Source: a virus
Taxonomy: Duplodnaviria; Caudoviricetes
IMG/VR virus record: IMGVR_UViG_3300028804_000002
Coordinates: 1-64,000 of that record
Direction: 5' to 3' (one strand)
DNA: 64,000 nucleotides
Part shown: positions 40,287 to 48,599 of the stretch, piece after piece
How positions within the stretch are numbered: position 1 is the stretch's first letter
Layout of the letters: every line of letters begins with the position of its first letter
Notes under the pieces: generated by a model
Databases searched by the model: none
Told to the model about the DNA's origin: nothing
The model's input: only the letters and a program-made list of their open reading frames with translations
Program-made: the position numbers and the translations under genes

Positions 40287-40499
40287 TTAATACGATTTAT
40301 TTGCAAGATTTCTTTCAATTCTTCTAATTTCTTGTCGACAGAGTCTTATGTTCTCTTCAAGATCTTTAGAAGATCTTCTTTTAAAAGGATTATGAGCACC
40401 TCTTTCAATAGAATGTTCTCGCTCTTTTAAAAGATTTTTAAGTTCTCCACGTCTAAGAAGAAGTTCTCCTCTTAATTCAGATTTATATACTGTAATCAT
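40287..40499 (-). CDS. Hypothetical basic helical protein
   Basis: 70-aa ORF in operon context. Confidence 0.55.
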   Translation of the reverse strand: MITVYKSELRGELLLRRGELKNLLKEREHSIERGAHNPFKRRSSKDLEENIRLCRQEIRRIERNLANKSY

Positions 40500-40509
40500 T
40501 TCTTATTAT

Positions 40510-40860
40510 TTATAAGTTTTCATAAATACCTTCTTTAATATAATCACGAAGTTTATTAGCTTTATTGACAAGTCTTGCTTCAATATCTTTTTCACTTATA
40601 TCTTTTGATATACCATACATAATAAGTCTAGCAAATACATCACCCATTTCGTCTATTATTTCTTTTTGAGCAGGTTTATAATCAGGATGTTTATTTATAT
40701 TTTTTAATAGTTTTTCACTTAACTCAGCAAGTTCTTCTAACAATTTTGTAGTATTATACAAATCTGTATTAGTTAAAGCAAGTTGAGCAAAAAATATTTC
40801 AGCTCCATTAATATCAGTTATTTCTTCATTAAATTCTATTAACAATTCTTGTTTTGTCAT
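40510..40860 (-). CDS. MazG-like NTP pyrophosphohydrolase
   Basis: 'KLLEELAEL...IIDEMGDV' (EExxE...ExxD motif). Confidence 0.75.
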   Translation of the reverse strand: MTKQELLIEFNEEITDINGAEIFFAQLALTNTDLYNTTKLLEELAELSEKLLKNINKHPDYKPAQKEIIDEMGDVFARLIMYGISKDISEKDIEARLVNKANKLRDYIKEGIYENL

Positions 40861-40861
40861 T

Positions 40862-41263
40862 TTACCCTTTTTTTATAAGCTCAGCAATTACTTTAGCTTT
40901 TTCTTCATCACTAGATTTAGAACTAAGAGTTTTCAAAGTAGTCCATACCCTAAATTCAGTATCATCGTATACTTTATTACCAGTTTTTTCCATCCAAGCA
41001 ATTTTATCTTCTTGTTCAAGTATTTCTTTTTGAAGACGTTTTATATCCTTAGATATTTCTTCAAATGTTTCTTCAAGTTTATCTAAATGTCCTATTTGAA
41101 CTGCTATTACTTGTCCAGATGGAGCTTGTACATTTATTTGATTACCGGCTTTATATGTTACTGTAACTATTGATCCTTTTTCTGTTCCCCAATTAAGGTA
41201 TGCATCTGTACTTACTTTTACTTTATCTCCTACTTTTACATCTACTAATCTTAACTTAGCCAT
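40862..41263 (-). CDS. Hypothetical protein (SH3/KOW-like N-terminus, coiled coil, shared C-terminal domain)
   Basis: 'VKVGDKVKV'; C-terminus similar to that of 41286-41801. Confidence 0.6.
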   Translation of the reverse strand: MAKLRLVDVKVGDKVKVSTDAYLNWGTEKGSIVTVTYKAGNQINVQAPSGQVIAVQIGHLDKLEETFEEISKDIKRLQKEILEQEDKIAWMEKTGNKVYDDTEFRVWTTLKTLSSKSSDEEKAKVIAELIKKG

Positions 41264-41285
41264 TCTATTGTTTCTTTAAATCACA

Positions 41286-41801
41286 TTATTTTTTCTTCAA
41301 TAATTGCGCTATTTCAGTTGCTTTTTCAATATCACTTCTTGATGCTTTACATTTTTTAATTGTTTTAAAAACTGTATATACATCTTCATCAAATTCACCA
41401 ACTTCATTCTCTTGCATGAATTTGATAATTTCTTTAATGTTTTTTCTTTTTTCTTTAATTATCTCTTCTTCAATTTCAAGTTGAACTAATTCATCATTAA
41501 AGTCATTTACTGTACTATTATGTATAAGTTTTAAATTATGAAGAAAGACATAATTTTGCATTCCGATTCCAGGATCACATAAAGAAGAATAATCAAGATT
41601 ACCATCAGAATTATATTGAAAATTTTGTGTAAGTTTAAATTTTTTACCTAATTGTATTCCATGAGGATTACCATTAGGTTGATTATTAAATCCTGTATTT
41701 CCTATAACCTCTACTGTCTTACCAATTAAAAATGCTCTTACTTGTTGGCTATTTCCAATATTTATATTTGATAATTTAAGTTTTTGCAATAAATTTTTCA
41801 T
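41286..41801 (-). CDS. Hypothetical protein, paralog of 40862-41263
   Basis: Start moved to ATG 41801 because the longer ORF runs through a terminator. C-terminus 'FDEDVYTVFKTIK...SDIEKATEIAQLLKK'. Confidence 0.6.
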   Translation of the reverse strand: MKNLLQKLKLSNINIGNSQQVRAFLIGKTVEVIGNTGFNNQPNGNPHGIQLGKKFKLTQNFQYNSDGNLDYSSLCDPGIGMQNYVFLHNLKLIHNSTVNDFNDELVQLEIEEEIIKEKRKNIKEIIKFMQENEVGEFDEDVYTVFKTIKKCKASRSDIEKATEIAQLLKKK

Positions 41802-41814
41802 ATTTATACATATT

Positions 41815-41845
41815 AAAAAAGCCCCAGTATTTCTACTGAGGCTTT
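41815..41845 (-). terminator. Rho-independent terminator (GAAA tetraloop)
   Basis: Minus strand AAAGCCUCAGUA-GAAA-UACUGGGGCUUUUUU. Confidence 0.85.
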
Positions 41846-41871
41846 GTGAATAATCAAATAAATCCATGTTC

Positions 41872-42249
41872 TTAACTCAAATCTGAAACTTCTTCTTTTG
41901 AATTTTCTGTGATGGTGGATACATATTTAACATCCCATTCTTGATCAGTAAAATTCATACAAAGATTTTTCAGAATGTATTCAACTGCAGATTTATCATC
42001 AATTGTAATCCTGTAGTACTGCTCCATGCGTTTATCTTGGAGAGTTGTTTTTCCATTCTTAGCAACTACTGGATATGGTATCATATTTTCTTTAACAGAA
42101 TTAAATTGACACACTAATAGTTCTTTTTCTGGATTCCAAGCTGCATGCATAAGTGAAGAATTACCTACATTAATCAGCTCCCATGAATTAAATTGACTTC
42201 CGTCAGAAACTGTAATTGTTGTTGAAATAAATAAAAATGGTTTTAACAT
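41872..42249 (-). CDS. Hypothetical protein (own promoter and terminator)
   Basis: 125-aa ORF bracketed by the promoter at 42266-42297 and the terminator at 41815-41845. Confidence 0.7.
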   Translation of the reverse strand: MLKPFLFISTTITVSDGSQFNSWELINVGNSSLMHAAWNPEKELLVCQFNSVKENMIPYPVVAKNGKTTLQDKRMEQYYRITIDDKSAVEYILKNLCMNFTDQEWDVKYVSTITENSKEEVSDLS

Positions 42250-42265
42250 TATATATAATTTTACA

Positions 42266-42297
42266 CAAAGGTAAAACTAATTTTTGAAATTACCAAA
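42266..42297 (-). promoter_or_regulatory. Bacteroidota-type promoter
   Basis: Minus strand TTTG-N20-TACCTTTG. Confidence 0.8.
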
Positions 42298-42462
42298 TTT
42301 ATTTTTTCTTCTTAAATAACGTTTTCTTAATTCTGCAAAATTTTGTCTACTTTCATCTCTCCTCATTTCTGATAATCTGGTTTCTATCCACCTCACATCT
42401 TCTTCTTCAAGTTCTTTAATTTGATCCCAGATTTTTAAACAGATTGGATTAATTTTACTCAT
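42277..42462 (-). CDS. Small hypothetical protein
   Basis: ATG at 42462 ('MSKINP') preferred over the TTG at 42489, which lies inside the upstream hairpin. Confidence 0.5.
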   Translation of the reverse strand: MSKINPICLKIWDQIKELEEEDVRWIETRLSEMRRDESRQNFAELRKRYLRRKNKFGNFKN

Positions 42463-42474
42463 AAAATTAATTTT

Positions 42475-42637
42475 AAAGTTTATCTTCAAGATATTTCTAC
42501 CCTTTTATTACCTTGAACCTGCTTATCTATAGATTATGCCCAAACAATGCCACCTATTTTTATGGGTGTGCCAATTCTGAGTATGACTCCTATCTAATAA
42601 TACGAGTTTTTCAAGGGTACAGGTTTAGATAAACTTT
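42475..42637. ncRNA. Candidate structured RNA (long rod-like hairpin)
   Basis: Perfect 11-bp closing stem AAAGTTTATCT/AGATAAACTTT plus nested stems TACCCTT/AAGGGTA, TTATTA/TAATAA, ATAG/CTAT and CACCTA/TGGGTG in a non-coding gap. Confidence 0.45.
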
Positions 42638-42784
42638 TTATCTTTTAAATTTATTTCTTGATCTACCTGGATTCCATGGAGATTTTACTTTTTTATCTCC
42701 TTGGGCTGATACTGCTGTAGAAGCTGTCCCATCTCCTTTAATAAAGTAGATCTTTCTTTTTTGTTTACCAGATTTTGCTGCCAT
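42638..42784 (-). CDS. Small basic protein (48 aa, not in the ORF track)
   Basis: MAAKSGKQKRKIYFIKGDGTASTAVSAQGDKKVKSPWNPGRSRNKFKR; starts 1 nt after the upstream stop. Confidence 0.55.
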   Translation of the reverse strand: MAAKSGKQKRKIYFIKGDGTASTAVSAQGDKKVKSPWNPGRSRNKFKR

Positions 42785-42785
42785 T

Positions 42786-43166
42786 TCATTTAATTTTATC
42801 CATTATTTTTTTCAGTTTAGACTTATAGTTTTTCACTTTTGCATATCTCTTCACCTTCTTAACTATAGTCTCATCTCCATTCTTTACTCTGAGTACTTTT
42901 AGACCCATATCCCTACAATAGCTATCTCTACGTTTATCATACTCCTTTCTCTTATTATGAAAACTACCATCCACCTCTAAAATAAGTAGACGATTAGGTA
43001 TAATAAAGTCTAAAATATAATACTTAAAAGGCACTTGCGTTTTAAAGCCAATTCTAGCCTTTTTAAGGGCGTTTTTGGCATGCTGCTCACCTTTTGTAGG
43101 GTTAAGCCTCATCCTCTTTGCACGGGTCTGTAATTGCTTCTTAGTTACTTTCTTCTTTACTGCCAT
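42786..43166 (-). CDS. DUF559/Vsr-like PD-(D/E)XK endonuclease
   Basis: 'FKTQVPFKYYILDF...ILEVDGSFH...DKRRD...GLKVLRV'. Confidence 0.82.
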   Translation of the reverse strand: MAVKKKVTKKQLQTRAKRMRLNPTKGEQHAKNALKKARIGFKTQVPFKYYILDFIIPNRLLILEVDGSFHNKRKEYDKRRDSYCRDMGLKVLRVKNGDETIVKKVKRYAKVKNYKSKLKKIMDKIK

Positions 43167-43177
43167 TCTATTGATTT

Positions 43178-44905
43178 TTATGATCCACACGTACCACCTT
43201 TACCAGTTATAGAACAAACATCATGAAATTCTTCTTTAAACTCTTGTCCTTCTTTGTTCTTAACTTCATGATAATCTACTATAGTAAGTGGTTGTCCTCC
43301 TCTCGCTTCATCAGGATAACACGTAAACCCTCTTAATCTATGAGCATATTTTACTAATATTCTAGCAAAATCTGTCACACGAGTATCGTTATTTAATTCA
43401 GAACCCCATTTAGGAAGATTAATTGTAGAACTGATAGACATATCCACATAATCTTGAACATCAGCTTGAAATTTGATTCTTTTCTCATAATCCGATGATA
43501 GTGATAAAGCAGTCTCCATATTATCTGGATTTACTCCAAACTCACGAATCAATATTTTAGCTGTTCCATCAACAACATATTGATAATGCCATTCTTTCTC
43601 TCCTTTTAAATAACGTCTTTTATAGGCTACCGCAAATAAAGGTTCTATACCAGTAGTTGTACCAGCTAGAATTCCAATACTTCCAGTAGGAGCAATAGCT
43701 CTAAAACCTGCGGGTTTTGATATACCTAATGAATTTGCTAACTCAATAGCACCTTTCTCACTTTCATCCTTCCAAACTTGAAGCCATTTATGTAACTCCG
43801 GTACTACTTCATATCTGTAACCACGTTTTAACAGCCATTCATGTATACCCATTAATCCCAGACCAAGTCTGCGGTTCTTCTCTCGAACTTGATATACTTT
43901 TTTATAAGGTAACTGAGCAACCATTGTTCCACATAAAAGAAATTTTGAAGCTAAATTACATGCATCTCTCCATTCATCTATAGAGTCAAATTGACTCATA
44001 TTCATAGAGGCTAAATTACATACATCAGAATCATCTTCACTAGTTACTTCTGTACAAGCGTTCCTGAGTGTTTCATTAACTTTCTCAAAGAAATTAAATG
44101 AGAATCCCGGTTCACCTGTTTTTAAAGCCTGTTTACAATTATCTATGAATGCAATTGGTATTTTAGCTATAATTAACTCTTCTCCACTATGATATTTACG
44201 TTTGATTTCTTGTATCGGAAGTGCATAGACTTCTTCCAAGAATTCGTTATCATAGTTTAAGCTAATATTAGTCATGTCTAAAGGAGCTGGATAATTAAAA
44301 TCCTTCTCTTTAAGATGACCTATAGTTAATTTATTACCTTCTTTATCATATGCTCCAGCAACTGGCATTGAAAACCAATCTTTGCAATGTAGAAATTCGT
44401 AAATATCATTATGTCTCCAATTCAATGAAGCATAAATAGCGCTTCTGCGACTACCTCCTTGCATGACCTCTCTACCTATCTCATTTATCATTTTCATTTT
44501 AGAAATGGGACCAGATGCTAAACCTCCAGTTTTAGATACTGTAGATCCTTTTGGTCTATAAATACTATAATCATTACCTATACCTCCACCTGTCATAAGA
44601 CAGTTCTCAGCCTTCCATGATAGATTGGCCCAGTCCTCTCTTGAATCAGCTTCAGATCTGAGTAGATAGCAATTATTAAAGTATTTATTTGGTCTACCTG
44701 CATAGTAAAGATACCTACCACCAGCTATAAATTTCATTTTTGAATGTAAAGTTATAAGCTGATCTTTATCTTCTTTAGATAAATAATCTCTACATACATC
44801 ATTAATTAACGTGTCGCTTAATTGCTCCCACGTCTCAGCTCCTTCATGTTTATATTTGTGTTCGAAGATAGCTTGAGAAAATTCTGTTCTAAAAGTTTTA
44901 TTCAT
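43178..44905 (-). CDS. nrdJ: Ribonucleotide reductase, probably class II (adenosylcobalamin-dependent)
   Basis: 'GGRY', 'NNCY', 'GGSRRSA', 'GEPG', 'RNACTE', 'VCNLAS', 'RRLGLG', 'APTGSI' and a C-terminal Cys pair. No beta subunit gene nearby. Confidence 0.85.
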   Translation of the reverse strand: MNKTFRTEFSQAIFEHKYKHEGAETWEQLSDTLINDVCRDYLSKEDKDQLITLHSKMKFIAGGRYLYYAGRPNKYFNNCYLLRSEADSREDWANLSWKAENCLMTGGGIGNDYSIYRPKGSTVSKTGGLASGPISKMKMINEIGREVMQGGSRRSAIYASLNWRHNDIYEFLHCKDWFSMPVAGAYDKEGNKLTIGHLKEKDFNYPAPLDMTNISLNYDNEFLEEVYALPIQEIKRKYHSGEELIIAKIPIAFIDNCKQALKTGEPGFSFNFFEKVNETLRNACTEVTSEDDSDVCNLASMNMSQFDSIDEWRDACNLASKFLLCGTMVAQLPYKKVYQVREKNRRLGLGLMGIHEWLLKRGYRYEVVPELHKWLQVWKDESEKGAIELANSLGISKPAGFRAIAPTGSIGILAGTTTGIEPLFAVAYKRRYLKGEKEWHYQYVVDGTAKILIREFGVNPDNMETALSLSSDYEKRIKFQADVQDYVDMSISSTINLPKWGSELNNDTRVTDFARILVKYAHRLRGFTCYPDEARGGQPLTIVDYHEVKNKEGQEFKEEFHDVCSITGKGGTCGS

Positions 44906-44923
44906 ATATAAGGGTGTAAGCCT

Positions 44924-44954
44924 TAAAGATACAAATTAATCACTAAATTACCAA
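44924..44954 (-). promoter_or_regulatory. Probable variant Bacteroidota-type promoter for RNR
   Basis: Minus strand TTG(GTAA)-N20-TATCTTTA, with the same spacing and the same TTGGTA context as the exact promoters. Confidence 0.5.
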
Positions 44955-44977
44955 TTAATTTTCATTAATTTTTCAGA

Positions 44978-45409
44978 TTATTTTGCATCAGTACTACCAA
45001 ATCCACCCTCTCCACGAGTAGTTTTAGAATGTTCTTCTACTTCTTCAAATTCAATTTTAGGATATGGAATTATAACTAGTTGACCTACTTTGTCGCCTAT
45101 GTTATATTCTGTTGTATTCTTAATGTATCTAAATCTGAGTTCTATTTCTCCTCGATATCCAGAATCAATTACTCCTACCGAATTACATAATATCATACCA
45201 GTTTTTGAAATAGATGATCTTGGATATATTAAACCAACAAAACCTTCAGGTATCTCTAAAGAGAGTCCGGTTTTATACTGATAATATCCATAATCTTTTG
45301 TATCAATAATATCCTTAGATATTGCTACTAAATCTAATCCAGCATCAGTATTATGTGCGTAAGTGGGTATTATTGCTTCTGGACAAAGTTTTTTAATCTT
45401 GACTTTCAT
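44978..45409 (-). CDS. dut: Trimeric dUTPase
   Basis: 'AGLDL', 'PRSS', 'GVIDSGYRGE', 'GQLVI' and 'RGEGGFGST'. Confidence 0.95.
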   Translation of the reverse strand: MKVKIKKLCPEAIIPTYAHNTDAGLDLVAISKDIIDTKDYGYYQYKTGLSLEIPEGFVGLIYPRSSISKTGMILCNSVGVIDSGYRGEIELRFRYIKNTTEYNIGDKVGQLVIIPYPKIEFEEVEEHSKTTRGEGGFGSTDAK

Positions 45410-46067
45410 CTATAATAAAATCTTTTATATTCACTTTATTATCATAGATATAAGTTTCAAGATCTAAATTTGGCTTACTACACAATTCTTTGGCTTCTTT
45501 TAATAATTCTATATTCTTTTCAAAGTCTCTTCTCTCAGTACTTAACTCTCTTGCAAAAGATCTAATACATTCTTCTTGAAATGGATATAGATAACAATAT
45601 AATTTCTTTTGTTCATCTTCTCTTAAAGATTTCCATCTAAAATCTATTATTCTTTTCTTTGCATCCGGACTAAATTTAGAATAAGAACCATTTATAAAAT
45701 TTGTCCAATCGGAAGACCAATCAGATAAATCAAATGTATAAATATATTCATCTTGACTTTCATAAAATCCTGTGAAGTTTCTATTGGACATCAAAACATC
45801 TGTCTCAAACCTCTCCCAATTATTTATAGGATTGTTTATCTTTAACTTATTAATACTATTTATCTCATTCATTTCATATTCTTTCGAGTATGTAAGAATT
45901 AACGTTTCATCTTGAATAGTAAGTCCGTTTGGATAATCAGTAGAAACAAGTGTTGGAGATGCAATATAAGTATTTACTGGTCTATAAATTTTATCTTTTC
46001 TTATTCCAGTTAATGGAAGTAGAAAAATCCTAGATTTTTGTATATAAGCTTTTTGTAATAAACTCAT
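45393..46067 (-). CDS. Conserved-looking crAss-like hypothetical protein
   Basis: 'KSRIFLLPL', 'F.NGSYSKFS..AK..I' and 'ELCSKP...ET' patterns; position downstream of the PD-(D/E)XK-like gene. Confidence 0.55.
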   Translation of the reverse strand: MSLLQKAYIQKSRIFLLPLTGIRKDKIYRPVNTYIASPTLVSTDYPNGLTIQDETLILTYSKEYEMNEINSINKLKINNPINNWERFETDVLMSNRNFTGFYESQDEYIYTFDLSDWSSDWTNFINGSYSKFSPDAKKRIIDFRWKSLREDEQKKLYCYLYPFQEECIRSFARELSTERRDFEKNIELLKEAKELCSKPNLDLETYIYDNKVNIKDFIIDESQD

Positions 46068-46087
46068 TTATTAATATTAGCATCATA

Positions 46088-47653
46088 TTATATGCTCACA
46101 CCTTCATTTGCAAATTCGTAAGGTAAATCATATCTTTTATTATATACGTGCCAATATGCCATATCAGAGAACTGATACAGCTTTTGTTTCCATTTTTTAA
46201 TTGTACCAGATTTTACATTAAATACATAGCATAAATTGTTTTTATCAACTATTATGAAATTAAAAACAAGCTTTATTTTTTTATTTTCAGTTGTTAATAT
46301 TTCATACAATATAGCCATTCTCATTGACAATTCATCTGATATGTTTTCTGGAAATTCATACAGATTTTTATCAATTTTCTTGAATATATTGATATACATA
46401 GTTGGATGATTAGATAAATCAAGTTTAGTTATATCAGAGAAATCTGAGATAAGGTATGGCTTATCTTTAATTTTTTCTGAAATATACTGTTTATTGAGTT
46501 CTATCTTATCAGTTTTATTAACCTTTATACTACACTTTTTTACAATATGCAGTTCTTTTAAAGTTTTTGAAAGAGTTTTTAAAGATTCTACTTTTTCTTT
46601 AGTTATTAAGATTTTATCATCTTTTACTAGACAGAATCTAAAATAATCATCAAATTCTTTAGCCATTATTTCAACTGCTCCAAGAGATTCTTTATAACCT
46701 GAATATTCATAAGCCTTTTTCTTAAGATCTTCAAGATCATCGATTTCATCTTTCTCTATCATATCAGCTGATATCAAATCAGCTAATTTTGTGAGATATT
46801 TTTTCATCATATCAGAAGAAGGCTCTTTTTCAACCATAGTAAAAAATTCATCTATTTGTTCTGGATGAAATATTAATAAGAACAAATATTTTTCTTCAAT
46901 TTCTTCTTTAGTAAGAGAAGATCTTACTGAATTTTTGTCTATTTTAAGTAATTTGTATAGAGGAGGATTAGTTCTTAATAATTGAATATCATTAGATGTA
47001 AACTTAAGATCTTCTGTATTTTTTGAGTAATCCTTAACTTCACAACCAAGTTTTTTAGTTACTAAATTAGTAATATCTTCTCCTGTAATAAAATCTATAT
47101 AATTACTTACATCATTCGAAAGAATATTTTTTAAATTAACTCCTGGATAATTTATTATATCTTGAATTTCATTATTTCCATAAATATCAGTTGCATTATC
47201 ATATTCATTATAAACTGAACTATAAGAAAACATTGGATGATCATTTCTTATCTCTAAATAATTAGAAACTCTGGTTATTCTTGTATGTCCATCTTTTTGA
47301 TATACTGCTATATATTCTGATAGAAAATCTTCTTCCTCATCAAATTCTTCTTCGTTTTGTTCATCGACATTAATTAGTCCACCATCAAAACCACCAATCA
47401 TTGGTTCAATAGCATGAGAAGTAATATCAAGTTGTTTTATTATTTCTTGATCAACATTAACTGCATTTAAAATTTCATTAGCATTAGAATCTGATTTAGT
47501 TTCTTTAACTTCTTCTTTTTTAAATACATTTGGAAATTCAAATTTATATCTATCACTAATATCTTTGTAACTTTGATATTTATGAGATCCAAAAACAAGT
47601 TCATCAAATGCATTTTTTTTAGAAGAAGTTTTATCTTTTTCTTTATCGTTCAT
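46088..47653 (-). CDS. PD-(D/E)XK exonuclease-derived protein, apparently degenerate
   Basis: C-terminal 'FNFIIVDK...AYWH....YDLPYE' and synteny match crAss PD-(D/E)XK nucleases, but no clear D...(D/E)xK catalytic motif is visible. Confidence 0.45.
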   Translation of the reverse strand: MNDKEKDKTSSKKNAFDELVFGSHKYQSYKDISDRYKFEFPNVFKKEEVKETKSDSNANEILNAVNVDQEIIKQLDITSHAIEPMIGGFDGGLINVDEQNEEEFDEEEDFLSEYIAVYQKDGHTRITRVSNYLEIRNDHPMFSYSSVYNEYDNATDIYGNNEIQDIINYPGVNLKNILSNDVSNYIDFITGEDITNLVTKKLGCEVKDYSKNTEDLKFTSNDIQLLRTNPPLYKLLKIDKNSVRSSLTKEEIEEKYLFLLIFHPEQIDEFFTMVEKEPSSDMMKKYLTKLADLISADMIEKDEIDDLEDLKKKAYEYSGYKESLGAVEIMAKEFDDYFRFCLVKDDKILITKEKVESLKTLSKTLKELHIVKKCSIKVNKTDKIELNKQYISEKIKDKPYLISDFSDITKLDLSNHPTMYINIFKKIDKNLYEFPENISDELSMRMAILYEILTTENKKIKLVFNFIIVDKNNLCYVFNVKSGTIKKWKQKLYQFSDMAYWHVYNKRYDLPYEFANEGVSI

Positions 47654-48024
47654 ATTTTTTGATTTATCAATTTATAAAAATCACTTTTTTTCATTATCAC
47701 ATACTCTCCCATTTTCTTAAATATTTTTTTTGAATTTTTTTGTTCAATTTTTTTAGTATATTCATGAAAAATAACTAAAGGTTTATCTAATAACTGAAAT
47801 TCAGAAAATAAATCTTCGTACTTTGGATAACCTGTAATAGATTTAGCTTGTATGTGATATGGAAATTTATTTAGACTATCTGGATAGTCGCATATATCTA
47901 CTAAATTATCATCCATAAATCTGGATAATAGCCTTGAAGTACCTACTTTATAACCCATTTCATTGAGTTCTTTACATAGTTTACGTTCATAATTCGAGCC
48001 TTTGACTTTATTTCTATTTGCCAT
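47650..48024 (-). CDS. Holliday junction resolvase-like PD-(D/E)XK nuclease
   Basis: 'KGSNYERKLCKEL...G...VDI...IQAK...P.VIFH'. Confidence 0.75.
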   Translation of the reverse strand: MANRNKVKGSNYERKLCKELNEMGYKVGTSRLLSRFMDDNLVDICDYPDSLNKFPYHIQAKSITGYPKYEDLFSEFQLLDKPLVIFHEYTKKIEQKNSKKIFKKMGEYVIMKKSDFYKLINQKI

Positions 48025-48029
48025 AATAG

Positions 48030-48061
48030 CAAATATATGCTTTTTTACTCAGATTACCAAA
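48030..48061 (-). promoter_or_regulatory. Bacteroidota-type promoter
   Basis: Minus strand TTTG-N20-TATATTTG, with the ATG 5 nt downstream. Confidence 0.8.
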
Positions 48062-48599
48062 GATTTTTACAAAATTCTAAACACAAATTCTTATTACTCA
48101 TTCTATGATTTTCAAACTCATTCATGATTTTATAAGTTTTTATCTCTTTAATTAAATCATAGAAAAGTGGTTGTTCTGGTTTAGAAACTATCATAGAAAA
48201 AGAACTATATTTACAATGCTTTAATGTATACTCTACAATATCTATAAATATAGAAAATAATTTATTCAGATCTTTTTCAGATATCTCAAAATGATTCATA
48301 CCAAAGAATCTCTCCTTAATATAAAATCTCTTTCCGATTACTTTTCCACAACATGGATAAAATTCACCAAGTTCCATGCTAATTACAATACCTTGCTTGC
48401 AATTTATTGAAAATCCGGTACTTGTTCTAAGATCTCCACTAAGTCTGTGATTAAAATCTCTGAATCTTTTTTTAAGTAATTCTTCTATAGAAGTTACTTC
48501 CTCTTTTTCATCTTTGTCAAAAAACATTAGCTTATATTCGCCAATTTTCTTTATCTTTTCTAAATATTCATCAATATTAGTATTCATAAACTGTTGCAC
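48054..48599 (-). CDS. Divergent GNAT-like protein
   Basis: Aligns by eye with 49473-49967 ('PCCGKVI' vs 'NCSGIII'; 'YKIMNEFENHRMSN' vs 'WKLVADFINPKTLN'). Motif A is not recognisable. Confidence 0.4.
   Translation of the reverse strand: MQQFMNTNIDEYLEKIKKIGEYKLMFFDKDEKEEVTSIEELLKKRFRDFNHRLSGDLRTSTGFSINCKQGIVISMELGEFYPCCGKVIGKRFYIKERFFGMNHFEISEKDLNKLFSIFIDIVEYTLKHCKYSSFSMIVSKPEQPLFYDLIKEIKTYKIMNEFENHRMSNKNLCLEFCKNLW

Noticed and set aside
41802-41867. N-terminal 22 codons of the 41286-41867 ORF
   Set aside because: They run through a strong terminator; ATG 41801 is the more plausible start.
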